Sequence record: NC_048205.1
Source: Escherichia phage vB_Eco_mar004NP2
DNA: 64,000 bases
Direction: 5' to 3' (one strand)
This document shows positions 9,810 to 20,217 of this stretch, piece by piece; position 1 is the stretch's first letter; every line of letters begins with the position of its first letter. The position numbers and the translations under genes were made by a program. The notes under the pieces are model-generated. The model ran no database searches, was not told the origin of the DNA, and saw nothing but the letters and a program-made list of their open reading frames with translations.

Positions 9810-11684
9810 TTATTTAGCTCGAATATCCTGATGTTTCACCCTGCCCATAACCTCGTGCTGTTTACCAGGGTTAAATGGACGAGCACCTGGATTTCCAAGA
9901 TACCCACAAACTCGGCGAGTTACTTCAAGAGTTTCGGGATCATGATTACCACAGATAGGGCACTTAAACCCATCTTCGGATGCTACTGTTTCACCTAAGA
10001 ATCCACATTTACCGCAAGAATCCACTGGAGTATTAATACCGAAGTAATGAACTTTACTAGCAGCATAATTAATAACCCATTCCAGTGCATCTGGGAATCG
10101 TTTCATATCTGGTAGTTCTACATAGGAAATGCACCCACCAGAAGCAATAGGCGTAAAGTTAGATTCATAATCAAATTTCACATTGGGAGCAACCTTACGT
10201 TCTACATCAAGGTGGTGCGAGTTAGTGTAGTATCCTTTAGACAGAATATCTTCATGCTCCGGGAAATATTCGCGGTCTAGACGACAAAAACGGTCACATA
10301 GGGATTCTGATGGTGTAGCATACAGGCTATAACCTAACTTAGTTTCTTCCTTCTTCTGATCGACTCTATCCCGCATGTACTGCAATACACGCTGAACAAA
10401 CTTGATGCAGGTCTCGGACATTGTGTCTACATCTTTGCCAAACATGAACTGTAGCATTTCATGGCAACCAATATACCCTAGAGATACAGAAGCACGGTTA
10501 TAGAAATGATCGAATACATATTCATCAGGCTCCAAGCGCAGTCCAAAGGCTCCTGACATATAGAGGATGGGCGCAGCTTTAGCTTGGATGTATTTTAAGC
10601 GATCAACTCTCCACTCCAATGCTTTTAACGCTGTATCCACACGTAGCTCAAGCAAATCAAAGAATAGGTCAATATTTCCTTCAGCTTCGATAGCAATTCT
10701 AGGCAAGTTTACAGAAACAACACCTAAGTTATTACGACCGGCAGTTTCACCATCTTCTGTAGCAGCTAGGAATGAACGGCAGCCCATAGAAACTTTATAG
10801 TCTCCAGTAACTTCCACAACCTTATCATAGCTGATATAATCTGGATACATACGTTCAGCAGTACATTTCATAGCTAACTTCTTGATGTCATAATTAACAT
10901 CTCCTGGTTTCATGTTAACGCCATCACGGAGTACAAATACCAGTTTCGGGAAGATAGCTGTACGCTTATTGATACCTAAACCATCCATGCGTACTTTCAG
11001 TATTGCTTTCTGTACTAGACGTGCTTCCCAAGAAGTTCCTAGACCAAAACCAAAGGTAATAAACGGACTCTGACCATTAGAGTTGAACATGGTATTGATT
11101 TCATATTCTAAACCCTGACAAGCGTCATAGACTTCTTTTTCAGTCATCTCCGTAGCCATTACGGATGCTTTGGCTTCATCCTTAGTCCAACGTTTTGCAA
11201 ACGCATGATTTTTGTCATAGGATTTACGAACATAAGGTGCTAATACTTCATCAAGGCGATCTACAGAAGTACCACCATACTGATGGGAGCTAACTTGAGT
11301 GATAATCTGAGCAGTGATAGCCGCCGCAGTAGTGATAGAGTTTGGAGTGCTAATTTCAGCATTACCAACCTTCATACCATTCTTCAACATATCTTCCAGA
11401 GCTACCAGGCAACAGTTAGTCATGCCTAATGCAGCATAATCAGCATCATGGAAATGAATATCCCCAATCATATGAGCATTTCGAATCTGAATTGGCATTT
11501 CTTCTAGAATCAGATACTTACTCAATTCACCTGCAAGCATATCCCTTTGTGTAGGGAAACGTTCTGAGGGTTTATTGGCATTATTAAACAGCAGCTCTTC
11601 ATCTGCTGACCCTTCGATAATCTCTTTGCAGTTTCTAATTAACGCCTGCATTTCTTTATACTTTAGTTCTTCATTGCGATTCAT
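9810..11684 (-). CDS. nrdD: anaerobic ribonucleoside-triphosphate reductase
   Basis: 624 aa; C-terminal glycyl-radical motif RVCGYLG and Cys cluster CGKCG...CPICG; RBS AAGGAG. Confidence 0.9.
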   Translation of the reverse strand: MNRNEELKYKEMQALIRNCKEIIEGSADEELLFNNANKPSERFPTQRDMLAGELSKYLILEEMPIQIRNAHMIGDIHFHDADYAALGMTNCCLVALEDMLKNGMKVGNAEISTPNSITTAAAITAQIITQVSSHQYGGTSVDRLDEVLAPYVRKSYDKNHAFAKRWTKDEAKASVMATEMTEKEVYDACQGLEYEINTMFNSNGQSPFITFGFGLGTSWEARLVQKAILKVRMDGLGINKRTAIFPKLVFVLRDGVNMKPGDVNYDIKKLAMKCTAERMYPDYISYDKVVEVTGDYKVSMGCRSFLAATEDGETAGRNNLGVVSVNLPRIAIEAEGNIDLFFDLLELRVDTALKALEWRVDRLKYIQAKAAPILYMSGAFGLRLEPDEYVFDHFYNRASVSLGYIGCHEMLQFMFGKDVDTMSETCIKFVQRVLQYMRDRVDQKKEETKLGYSLYATPSESLCDRFCRLDREYFPEHEDILSKGYYTNSHHLDVERKVAPNVKFDYESNFTPIASGGCISYVELPDMKRFPDALEWVINYAASKVHYFGINTPVDSCGKCGFLGETVASEDGFKCPICGNHDPETLEVTRRVCGYLGNPGARPFNPGKQHEVMGRVKHQDIRAK

Positions 11685-11713
11685 TATACTCTCCTTCTCT
11701 AACTAAGACTACT

Positions 11714-11742
11714 ATTATAACTCATTCGAGGGCGGATGTCAA
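11714..11742 (-). promoter_or_regulatory. consensus sigma70-type promoter (minus strand) for nrdD
   Basis: -35 TTGACA / 17 bp / -10 TATAAT. Confidence 0.6.
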
Positions 11743-11796
11743 CAATATTTTACTATAAAGTTCTGTAACATGATCTGAGTCAAAAAATTTTATTTG

Positions 11797-11825
11797 CCAA
11801 TCTCTATTAAAAATTGTATAATCAC
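11797..11825 (+). promoter_or_regulatory. promoter (plus strand) upstream of phoH
   Basis: -35 TTGCCA / 17 bp / -10 TATAAT. Confidence 0.5.
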
Positions 11826-11934
11826 GCACTCGTACACGCGATATAAAATGATTATCTAGTATCACACATCTCACGTTAAAAGCAAGCAAATTTTTTATTT
11901 AAATGCAATATCATAGGCTTATTTAAAATTGTAG

Positions 11935-11963
11935 TTGCTTTTTACTGTATATATTGGTATAAT
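11935..11963 (+). promoter_or_regulatory. T5-type early promoter upstream of phoH
   Basis: -35 TTGCTT / 17 bp / -10 TATAAT. Confidence 0.6.
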
Positions 11964-12036
11964 ATATTTGTAAGTTGATAAACAAGATCTTTTTGTTGAT
12001 CCTCTGTTAGCGAAGTACACTATAGGAGTGTTATTT

Positions 12037-12789
12037 ATGGGAAAAGCACGTCAAAAAAGAGAGAACCGCAATGGTTCAAGAAAGCGTGGCAACAAATATG
12101 AGAATAACGTAATTCAGGCTGATTTTTCTAATGATTACGCTAACCCAGTTGCTAAATCCCTAGTAGGTAAAAACCGCGAGCAAAAATCATATATCAATAT
12201 GATCAAGAACAACACAGTGACTGTGGGTATCGGTGAGCCAGGTACTGGTAAAACCTTTATTCCGTCCGTTCTTGCAGCTCAGGAACTCGTAGACATTCAC
12301 TCAGATATTGAGCAAGTGATTCTCGTACGTCCTAATGAACCTCTAGGTAAGTCTCTTGGTATGCTTCCTGGTGATCTGGCGGAAAAGCTAGAGCCTTGGT
12401 TAGAGCCAATAGCTGATGGTATGAAATGGGCCATCGGCGATCATGCCTATAAGGGATATGTCGAACGTCAGAAAATTAAATTTTTGGCTGTCGAACATGC
12501 TCGTGGCAGAACTTTCAACAACTCCTATGTAATTGTCGATGAAGCTCAGAATATTTCCGTTGAGGCAATGATTTGTCTCCTAACTCGTGTAGGGCAAGAC
12601 TGCCGTTTAATTATCTGCGGAGATATAGCTCAGAAAGACATTAAAGGTGACTCAGGTCTAGCACTCCTTATGGAAGTCTATGAGAAATATGAAAATGCCC
12701 CATTCTCAATGATCGAATTGATTGATAACGTTCGTTCTGTTGAGTCTAAAGCATTCTATGATATTTTTAAAGATATGGGAAAGGTGTAA
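12037..12789 (+). CDS. phoH: PhoH-like ATPase
   Basis: P-loop GEPGTGKTF and PhoH-like length; ATG at 12037 follows AGGAG. Confidence 0.85.
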   Translation: MGKARQKRENRNGSRKRGNKYENNVIQADFSNDYANPVAKSLVGKNREQKSYINMIKNNTVTVGIGEPGTGKTFIPSVLAAQELVDIHSDIEQVILVRPNEPLGKSLGMLPGDLAEKLEPWLEPIADGMKWAIGDHAYKGYVERQKIKFLAVEHARGRTFNNSYVIVDEAQNISVEAMICLLTRVGQDCRLIICGDIAQKDIKGDSGLALLMEVYEKYENAPFSMIELIDNVRSVESKAFYDIFKDMGKV

Positions 12790-12790
12790 T

Positions 12791-13033
12791 ATGGGAAACG
12801 TCGTTCATCTGAGCCGTAAAACTAAAATACATCGTACTTCACTGAGTGCTGCTAATATGATTACACGTAAGGAAGGGGAAGAAAGTCCTAAGACAACCCT
12901 AGCGTGGAAAATTGTAACCTCAAATCCAAATAAACCATTCAATTATAACGAGCTGAGCACCTCTATAGATATTCTATTAAAAGAAGTAGCTAGAGCTAAA
13001 GTAATTGAACAAGCTAAAAAGCTAGACTGGTAA
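12791..13033 (+). CDS. hypothetical protein
   Basis: ATG immediately after phoH stop; in-frame part of track ORF 12722-13033. Confidence 0.5.
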   Translation: MGNVVHLSRKTKIHRTSLSAANMITRKEGEESPKTTLAWKIVTSNPNKPFNYNELSTSIDILLKEVARAKVIEQAKKLDW

Positions 13034-13154
13034 TATACAGGGCCTGGGTATGAAAATACTCGGGCCTTTTCTATCAGAAAATTTTATTTGCCTAATGACA
13101 GATAATAAAGTAGAATATTCCTTAAATCCTGATAACTATAAAAAGGAAAGCCAA

Positions 13155-15485
13155 ATGAGCCATCGCATTGAAAAAGTAATTAAACGTGACGGTACTGTAG
13201 AAGACTTTGCTCCTGAAAAACTCAATGGTTGGGCAGAGTATGGTTGCAAAACAGTTGATGTAAGTTGGTCAGCCATTACTATGGCTGCTCAAAAAACTCT
13301 GCCTAAGGGGGTTGTAGATTCCGACACTCTGATGGACGCATTAATTAAAGCTGCTGAAAGTCTTATCAAAGATAACCCAGCATACGATGTGCCAGCAAAG
13401 GAATTACGTCTTGCGCAAATGCGTAAACGCCTTTACGACTCTTTCGAACCACCTTCTCTACGCTTCTTCCATGACCATATGGTTAGCGTAGGTGCATGGG
13501 AAGACATGAGTGCATGGATTACCGATGAGCAGTTCGAAGCTCTGAATCAGGTTATCGACCATGATCGTGACCGTCTTTTTACTAGTGGTGGACTGAAACA
13601 GTTCTTTGATAAGTATTCCCGTCGTAACATAGCCACTGGTGAAATTTATGAAACTCCGCAGTTTGCCTACATGGGTATGGCAATGGCGATGTTATCTCAA
13701 CCTAGCTGGACAATTCTAGATGCAATCGACCTCTACAACGCAATGTCACTCCACAAAATCAACGTTCCTACGCCGCCACTGGTTGGTCTGCGCTCTAGTG
13801 ACCGTGGATTTGCTAGTTGCTGCCTCGTGGATTCCACTGACACGTTGGATTCAATCGACACCGCCGAGCACATCGTCTTCAAAATGGTCGCAGCCAGAGC
13901 GGGAATCGGGTATCATCTTGAAAGCCGATCAATTGCTGATCCGGTGCGAAATGGGGCATTCCCGCATTCCGGAAAACTGCCATATTATCGACACATTGAC
14001 CGCTCAGTAAAGGCCAATACTCAGCAAACTCGTGGTGGTTCTGCCACAGTGTCTTATCCGTACTTCGACCCTGAAATCATTCAATTGATGCAGGTTAAGC
14101 AACAACGTGCTACAGATGAGAATAAAATCGATAAGATGGATTATTCTCTGAGCTTTAACAATCTTTTGTTAAAACGTTATCTTAAAAACGAAGATATTAC
14201 GCTAATGTCATACTTCTATGCTCCAGAAGTTCATGAAGCGTTTTATAGTGATGACGAGGCTAAATTTGAAGAAATCTACGTGGCAGCGGAGAAACGTGTG
14301 GCATCTCTTACAAAGATCGACCACGAAGGAAAAACAGTTCCAGCAGCTCCTAAAGTCTCTGCAAAAGAAATCCTAGATACTTGGCTACGTATCCGAATGG
14401 AAACAGGACGTATGTATGCGCATCACATCGGGGAATCTAATCGTCACGGTAATTTCCTTGATCCGATCCGTATGACAAACCTTTGTGTTGAGATTACTCA
14501 GCCTACACGCCCGTTCCACCATATCACGGAACTGTATAAAACAAAAGAACAACTTGATCAAATGAAGCCGGAGGATATTGGTGAAGTATCTCTGTGTAAC
14601 TTAGGTGGTGTTGTACTTGGACGCATGGAATCTCTGGCTGAGTGGGAAAAAACTTGCTACATCCTCCTGAAATTCGTTGATACAATTATTGAAATCCAGG
14701 ATTATCCGTTCCCAACTATGGAATATACGGCTAAGAAACGTCGTAATGTTGGTATTGGACTGATGAACGCAGCAGGTGCAATGGCAGCAGAAGGTCTGGC
14801 TTATGAAGGTATTGAAGCCCGTAACTGGATTCACCGTGAGGCTGAAAAACTGTCTTACTTCCTGCATAAAGCCTCTGTACGCCTAGCTAAAGAACAGGGT
14901 GCATGTGAGTGGTTTGATCGTACTAAACCATCTAAAGGAATTCTGGTAATCGACACGTACAAGAAAACTGTTGATGAACTGGTATCCGTAGGTCTAGAAA
15001 TGGATTGGGAGTCTCTACGTGCAGATATTCTGAAATATGGTATGCGTAACTCTGTTCTGACTGCTCAGATGCCGGGAGAAAGTTCTTCTGTTCTGTTAGG
15101 TGTTACTAACTCTATTGAACCACCTCGTAAGATTGTATCTATCAAGGGTAGTGCAGTAAATAAAGTAATTGCAATTGCTCCAGGTGCAACCGATTGGGAA
15201 ACGTTAATGAGCTATAAACTGGCCTATGATGTAGATCGTATCGAGTGGATCAAGTGGGTAGCAACTATGCAGAAATTCTTCAGTCAGTCTATCAGTACTA
15301 ATATGTACTATGACTACACCAAGTTTGAGAATGAAATCATTCCTGGCCCAGTAGTAGTTCGTGATTTCATGACTGCTGTTAAGTATGGGTGGAAAACTTG
15401 GTATTATGCTAACTTCAATACCGCAAATGGTGGAGGTGCTGGAGAAGAAGCAGCCGGTTGTGCATCCGGTGGTTGTACTATTTAA
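13155..15485 (+). CDS. nrdA: ribonucleoside-diphosphate reductase large subunit (class Ia)
   Basis: ATP-cone start MSHRIEKVIKRDGTVEDF, catalytic-site C-terminus with CxxC tail; RBS AAGGAAAG before ATG 13155. Confidence 0.9.
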   Translation: MSHRIEKVIKRDGTVEDFAPEKLNGWAEYGCKTVDVSWSAITMAAQKTLPKGVVDSDTLMDALIKAAESLIKDNPAYDVPAKELRLAQMRKRLYDSFEPPSLRFFHDHMVSVGAWEDMSAWITDEQFEALNQVIDHDRDRLFTSGGLKQFFDKYSRRNIATGEIYETPQFAYMGMAMAMLSQPSWTILDAIDLYNAMSLHKINVPTPPLVGLRSSDRGFASCCLVDSTDTLDSIDTAEHIVFKMVAARAGIGYHLESRSIADPVRNGAFPHSGKLPYYRHIDRSVKANTQQTRGGSATVSYPYFDPEIIQLMQVKQQRATDENKIDKMDYSLSFNNLLLKRYLKNEDITLMSYFYAPEVHEAFYSDDEAKFEEIYVAAEKRVASLTKIDHEGKTVPAAPKVSAKEILDTWLRIRMETGRMYAHHIGESNRHGNFLDPIRMTNLCVEITQPTRPFHHITELYKTKEQLDQMKPEDIGEVSLCNLGGVVLGRMESLAEWEKTCYILLKFVDTIIEIQDYPFPTMEYTAKKRRNVGIGLMNAAGAMAAEGLAYEGIEARNWIHREAEKLSYFLHKASVRLAKEQGACEWFDRTKPSKGILVIDTYKKTVDELVSVGLEMDWESLRADILKYGMRNSVLTAQMPGESSSVLLGVTNSIEPPRKIVSIKGSAVNKVIAIAPGATDWETLMSYKLAYDVDRIEWIKWVATMQKFFSQSISTNMYYDYTKFENEIIPGPVVVRDFMTAVKYGWKTWYYANFNTANGGGAGEEAAGCASGGCTI

Positions 15486-15493
15486 TAAAAACA

Positions 15494-15520
15494 AGGAGAT
15501 CTTCGGGTCTCCTTTTTCTT
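15494..15520 (+). terminator. rho-independent terminator after nrdA
   Basis: Hairpin AGGAGATC-TTCG-GGTCTCCT then TTTTTCTTT. Confidence 0.65.
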
Positions 15521-15531
15521 TGAAATTTTAC

Positions 15532-15560
15532 TTGCTAATCGCTACCAGATTTGCTATAAT
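15532..15560 (+). promoter_or_regulatory. T5-type early promoter for nrdB-frd-thyA
   Basis: -35 TTGCTA / 17 bp / -10 TATAAT. Confidence 0.6.
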
Positions 15561-15591
15561 ATTCCTGAAATAGTGAGAAAGAGGAAAATCA

Positions 15592-16737
15592 ATGACTACT
15601 TTACTAAACCTGAATTGGGATCATACTAACGCTGACCTTTTCCTGGGAGATTCTCTCGGTATCGCAGATTATGTACGTGTAGCACATCCAGAACTAGAAC
15701 GTCTGGCACTTCTGCAACGCTCTCAATTTTGGACTGAAACTGAAATTAGTCTGGAAGCAGATAAGAAACAGTGGCCTAATCTCCCGCGTGAAATTCAGGA
15801 AATTACACTCCTGAACTTAGCATGGCAGACTCAAACAGATTCCTTTATCAGTCGTGCCCCTGAAGCAGCTATTATGCCGCTTGTAAGTCGTCCAGAGTTG
15901 GAAGGTATGCTCAAGCAGTGGAGCTACTTCGAAGATCTGCATAGCCGTGCATATAGTAATATTATTCGTAATGTGCTGACTGATCCAGCAGAATTTATTG
16001 ATTCTGTAACCAAAAACCAAGAAGCATTCGCACGCATCGCTGATTCTGTTGAACTATTCGATGAACTGTACCAGTTAGGTCAGTATTTCATCGCAGTACG
16101 CGATCATCGTGGCGACAATACATATCCAGAAACTGAGTTCCCTGAAGTTAAACGTGAAACTCAGGCTAAGCTATTAGATGCTTACTTTGCGATCTATGGT
16201 CTGGAAGCAATGCAGTTTTACGCATCCTTTGCATGTACCTTTGCATTAGCAGAGAACGATATTCTGCAAGGTATTGCTAAAAATCTGCAATTAATCGCTA
16301 AAGATGAAGCTCTGCACACTCAGATGTCCAAAGCAATCATCCAGATTATGTTTCAACAATTTGACAAAGATCTGGTAGATGAAGCAGTGGCTAAAGCACC
16401 AGCACAGCTCCTGAAAACTCTGAAAACTGAAATTGAATGGGGTCATTTCATTTTCAAAGGTCGTAGTCTGATTGGTTTGAACGCAGAACTTCTAGAAGAG
16501 TATCTATATTTTGTGGGGCGTAATGCGTTTATGCACATTGGTGTAGAATGGCCTAGTCATTTACCAGTAATCACCAAAAACCCTATTCCGTGGATCATGA
16601 ACTGGTTGGATACCACTTCTTTACAGCCTGCTCCACAAGAAATCCAGATTGGTGCAGCCTACCGTGTGGGTCAGGTAACTGAGACCTCTACTGATACTCT
16701 GAAAGATCTGGGTAATGAATTTGGAGATTTCTTATGA
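15592..16737 (+). CDS. nrdB: ribonucleoside-diphosphate reductase small subunit
   Basis: 381 aa with di-iron/tyrosyl radical family features; follows nrdA terminator and promoter. Confidence 0.9.
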   Translation: MTTLLNLNWDHTNADLFLGDSLGIADYVRVAHPELERLALLQRSQFWTETEISLEADKKQWPNLPREIQEITLLNLAWQTQTDSFISRAPEAAIMPLVSRPELEGMLKQWSYFEDLHSRAYSNIIRNVLTDPAEFIDSVTKNQEAFARIADSVELFDELYQLGQYFIAVRDHRGDNTYPETEFPEVKRETQAKLLDAYFAIYGLEAMQFYASFACTFALAENDILQGIAKNLQLIAKDEALHTQMSKAIIQIMFQQFDKDLVDEAVAKAPAQLLKTLKTEIEWGHFIFKGRSLIGLNAELLEEYLYFVGRNAFMHIGVEWPSHLPVITKNPIPWIMNWLDTTSLQPAPQEIQIGAAYRVGQVTETSTDTLKDLGNEFGDFL

Positions 16738-17267
16738 TAACGGCATTATATGCAGTTGGGCCGAATGGGGAGTTCGGCCTCCGAGGTAAACTCCCTTGGG
16801 GTTCCTTCAAAGAAGAACTAGATGCTTTCTACTCTCAACTGGACGTGTTGAACCCAGATAACATCATCATTGGTGCGGGTACTTATTTAGCACTTCCAGA
16901 AGTTATTCGGCAACGTATGATTGGAGAATCTGACCTCTTTATTCGTGCGGATCGTCCTCTGCCTGATGATATTAAACATGGTATCTATACCCCAATTTCT
17001 AAGATTGGGGATACATTACCTACGTTCTTAAAAGATCAGCAAACAGTAGTTCTAGGCGGAGCTAATCTTCTCCTAGAAATGTATCAGCATGGACATATAG
17101 AAAGTGCTTTTGTATCTACAATCTTTAGCGAGCAGAAGCTAGAGGCGGATATACACCTAGATAGTATGATACTGGATTATAACTACGAATCCACTCGATT
17201 AGTCTATGCAGTTGGCGCAAACAGTGATAACAGCCTGCGATTTGTACAGGAATTGGTTACTTATTAA
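16734..17267 (+). CDS. frd: dihydrofolate reductase
   Basis: MITALYAVGPNGEFGLRGKLPW typical DHFR N-terminus; overlaps nrdB stop (ATGA). Confidence 0.85.
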   Translation: MITALYAVGPNGEFGLRGKLPWGSFKEELDAFYSQLDVLNPDNIIIGAGTYLALPEVIRQRMIGESDLFIRADRPLPDDIKHGIYTPISKIGDTLPTFLKDQQTVVLGGANLLLEMYQHGHIESAFVSTIFSEQKLEADIHLDSMILDYNYESTRLVYAVGANSDNSLRFVQELVTY

Positions 17268-18106
17268 TGCAACAATACTTAAAAATTTTGACAGATGTAA
17301 TTTTACTAGGTGAACCCCGTAATGACCGTACAGGAACAGGCACAGTTTCAATTTTTGATTCCTATGCTAAATTCGACCTACGTGAGGGGTTTCCGGCTGT
17401 AACTACCAAACGTCTAGCTTGGAAATCCGTAGTAGGAGAACTCTTATGGTTCTTGTCTGGTTCCACAAATCTCCATGATCTACGTGTATTCACATTTGGT
17501 CGTGACGAAGGACAGTGGACCATCTGGACTCCAAATTATGAAGATCAAGCTATAAGTATGGGGTATGATAAGGGTAATCTAGGACCGGTATATGGTAAAC
17601 AGTGGCGTAACTTTGGTGGGCGAGATCAGATTCTAGAACTTATTGAAGGACTCAAGAATAATCCTCATGGCCGCAGACATCTAGTTTCTGCGTGGAACGT
17701 AGCTGAACTTGATAAAATGGCATTACCACCTTGTCACTACGGCTTCCAGTGCTATGTAAGTAACGATGGATACCTAGATCTTAAATGGACACAACGCTCT
17801 GTGGATTGTTTCCTCGGTTTACCTTTCAATATTGCTAGTTATGCTTTATTAACACATATCCTGGCAAAACTGACTGGATTAAAACCTCGCTACCTTATCT
17901 TTAGTGGCGGTGATACTCATATCTATAATGACCATATGGAACAGGTAGAAGAACAGGTAAAACGTAAACCTCGTTCTTTACCAACTCTAGTAATGCCAGA
18001 ATTTGTAGATCTCTACGATTTACTGGAGAATAATACTGCAGCTTGGTCATTCCATTTAGAGGGGTACGATCCTCACCCAGCTCTTAAAGCTAAGATGTCT
18101 TCTTAA
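17267..18106 (+). CDS. thyA: thymidylate synthase
   Basis: Active-site PPCH(Y)GFQCYV motif; 279 aa. Confidence 0.9.
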   Translation: MQQYLKILTDVILLGEPRNDRTGTGTVSIFDSYAKFDLREGFPAVTTKRLAWKSVVGELLWFLSGSTNLHDLRVFTFGRDEGQWTIWTPNYEDQAISMGYDKGNLGPVYGKQWRNFGGRDQILELIEGLKNNPHGRRHLVSAWNVAELDKMALPPCHYGFQCYVSNDGYLDLKWTQRSVDCFLGLPFNIASYALLTHILAKLTGLKPRYLIFSGGDTHIYNDHMEQVEEQVKRKPRSLPTLVMPEFVDLYDLLENNTAAWSFHLEGYDPHPALKAKMSS

Positions 18107-18111
18107 CTCAA

Positions 18112-18135
18112 ATAGCCCTTCGGGGCTATTATATT
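18112..18135 (+). terminator. rho-independent terminator after thyA
   Basis: Hairpin TAGCCC-TTCG-GGGCTA then T-rich tail. Confidence 0.6.
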
Positions 18136-18145
18136 TAAATTTCAT

Positions 18146-18174
18146 TTGCTTACTGAGTGAAATTTAGATATAAT
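18146..18174 (+). promoter_or_regulatory. T5-type early promoter
   Basis: -35 TTGCTT / 17 bp / -10 TATAAT. Confidence 0.6.
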
Positions 18175-18198
18175 ATATTTTATAAATCGGAGACAACT

Positions 18199-18453
18199 AT
18201 GGGACTATTTAAAAAGAAAGTTTATTTAACACAAAGTCAAGAACGTAGGTTCTTAGCTCTGTCTCAGTATTATCACTTACCTTTCGATCATTTTGTAGAA
18301 CGGGCGTTAGAACAATTCCTAGAAAAGGAATTAAAGGCAATTAGACCTGAACCGCCAAGAGTACTAAATGATGCACAGAGAGGTCAACCATGTATTCCTC
18401 CTATGCCGCCAATTCCTCCAGCGACTAGGGTAATTATAGAAGGCGAAAACTAA
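18199..18453 (+). CDS. hypothetical protein
   Basis: Start at internal Met with GGAGA RBS downstream of promoter. Confidence 0.55.
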   Translation: MGLFKKKVYLTQSQERRFLALSQYYHLPFDHFVERALEQFLEKELKAIRPEPPRVLNDAQRGQPCIPPMPPIPPATRVIIEGEN

Positions 18454-18722
18454 TGTCTATTCTTTTATCTGCTTTAGAAGCAAAACAAAATACTATTGCT
18501 GTTATTAAACAGGAAGTACTTAATCTAGAGTCACTTATTGCCGTAGAGATTGATAAAGCAATCAAAGAAAAAGAATTTAACTGCCATATTCAGGGATTAA
18601 CTGAATATTCAGAAAACGCCAGAAACAGCGTTATGCAACGACTCACTAAACTAGGCTACGTCGTAGAAGCTAAGTATGAGCAGCGTGAAGGTTTTTGGCT
18701 TGAAATTGACTGGAGCAAATAA
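18453..18722 (+). CDS. hypothetical protein
   Basis: ORF translationally coupled to neighbours. Confidence 0.55.
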   Translation: MSILLSALEAKQNTIAVIKQEVLNLESLIAVEIDKAIKEKEFNCHIQGLTEYSENARNSVMQRLTKLGYVVEAKYEQREGFWLEIDWSK

Positions 18723-19198
18723 TGTCGGTTTTCCACATTTACACAGATGGTGCTTGTAAGTCTAACCCAGGTCCAGGTGCTTGGGGATTTATTGTCTATG
18801 ATGATAACGATGATCGTTTAGGTTCTAAATCTGGATATAGTCCTAAAACTACAAATAATGAGATGGAACTCACGGCTATTGTAGAGGCTCTACGTTGGTC
18901 AGTTAAAAAAGATAATAGACCAATTGTTATCTATACTGATTCTGCTTATTGCAAAAATGGTATGGAAAGTTGGATGTTTTCTTGGCAAAGGAAAGGCTGG
19001 AAGAAAGCAGATGGTGAAGTTCCTCTTAATCTAGAACTTTGGCAGGAAGCATTTAAATTAACACAGCAGTATATCAACTTTCATAATACTAACCCTACCT
19101 TTATTAAGGTTAAAGGACATTCTGGTATTAGTGGTAATGAAGCTGTAGACGCCTTATGTAACACAGTTATTACTGAAGCTGAAATGGCTGAGATGTGA
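18722..19198 (+). CDS. rnh: ribonuclease H
   Basis: IYTDGAC...NNEMELTAIVEAL...IYTDSAY...GHSG..GNE.VD RNase H1 catalytic pattern. Confidence 0.85.
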   Translation: MSVFHIYTDGACKSNPGPGAWGFIVYDDNDDRLGSKSGYSPKTTNNEMELTAIVEALRWSVKKDNRPIVIYTDSAYCKNGMESWMFSWQRKGWKKADGEVPLNLELWQEAFKLTQQYINFHNTNPTFIKVKGHSGISGNEAVDALCNTVITEAEMAEM

Positions 19199-19219
19199 TA
19201 AATAAATTAAAAAATTTTC

Positions 19220-19248
19220 TTGCTTAAAGCCCTCTAATTTAGTATAAT
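19220..19248 (+). promoter_or_regulatory. T5-type early promoter
   Basis: -35 TTGCTT / 17 bp / -10 TATAAT. Confidence 0.6.
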
Positions 19249-19275
19249 ATTCGTATTGAAAGTGAGGAGGGCTTT

Positions 19276-19554
19276 ATGAGAATTTATAACTCAAATTCAT
19301 TAGGATTTAAACCGTTGAGAAAACGTGCACAATCACCTCGTCAAATAAGAAAGGCTAATATTGGTGAGCCAGAAACACGTCTTCCACCTCCTCCGGAACA
19401 ACGTTTAGTTTATCTGGATGAAGAATTAGCTGAACGCGAAAGAAAAGCTCAAGAAGAGATTGAGCGTAAGAAAATGTGTACTGCTCCAGCATATAATAAA
19501 GGAGCGTATCAATATGTTTCCGATGCAGAACAAGCCAAGATGGTTGGTAGATAA
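19276..19554 (+). CDS. hypothetical protein
   Basis: ORF with GAGGAGG RBS and promoter. Confidence 0.6.
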   Translation: MRIYNSNSLGFKPLRKRAQSPRQIRKANIGEPETRLPPPPEQRLVYLDEELAERERKAQEEIERKKMCTAPAYNKGAYQYVSDAEQAKMVGR

Positions 19555-19570
19555 TTTTTAAAAAATTCAT

Positions 19571-19599
19571 TTGCTAAACGCTTCAAATTCTCGTATAAT
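19571..19599 (+). promoter_or_regulatory. T5-type early promoter
   Basis: -35 TTGCTA / 17 bp / -10 TATAAT. Confidence 0.6.
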
Positions 19600-19637
19600 A
19601 TACTTCATAAATTGATAAACAAAAAGGAAAATAAATA

Positions 19638-20153
19638 ATGGCTAAGCAGAAAAACGCAAAAACTCAAGCAGCCCCGGCAGTTAAAACTTTCCCTCAGACT
19701 GAGGCTAACCGCAAAGCTCGTCTGGAACGCCACCTGCGCAAGCACCCTACTGATGCTCAAGCTGCACAGGCACTGAATCGTCCGGCTCCGATTCGTCAAA
19801 AGCCGAAGGCTAAGAATACCACTCGTTCTGTAGCCCGCCTTGTGACCTATGTACAGGGTTATGGTCACAAATCTGTTCCAGTAGCACTGAGTTTCAATGC
19901 TGGAGCAGAATTGTTCCCTCGTAATGGCATGGCCATGAAAGATTACGAGAAAGCAGTTAACCAGAAACGCAAACCAACGGCAGATGTATTGCGTGATACT
20001 CGTGGACAGTTTGGTTCTGTTAAGCCAAATATCTTCGGTGTAGAGTATAGCAAAGATAATGTTCGTGCTCTGTGTTACGGTGTAGGCATTAAGTTCACGG
20101 GTGATTCTGCTCGTAAATCTGCTAAACCAGCTCGTAAACGTAAAGCGAAGTAA
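19638..20153 (+). CDS. hypothetical basic protein
   Basis: Lys/Arg-rich 171 aa; AAGGAAA RBS; promoter upstream. Confidence 0.6.
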   Translation: MAKQKNAKTQAAPAVKTFPQTEANRKARLERHLRKHPTDAQAAQALNRPAPIRQKPKAKNTTRSVARLVTYVQGYGHKSVPVALSFNAGAELFPRNGMAMKDYEKAVNQKRKPTADVLRDTRGQFGSVKPNIFGVEYSKDNVRALCYGVGIKFTGDSARKSAKPARKRKAK

Positions 20154-20217
20154 TAGATAAATAGGGGCAGAAGCCCCTACAATCTACTAATTCTCTAACT
20201 AATCAAGGATATTTTTT

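Noticed and set aside
13720-15494. ORFs inside or antisense to nrdA (13720-14010, 14601-14867, 15204-15494)
   Set aside because: Overlap a confidently assigned nrdA frame
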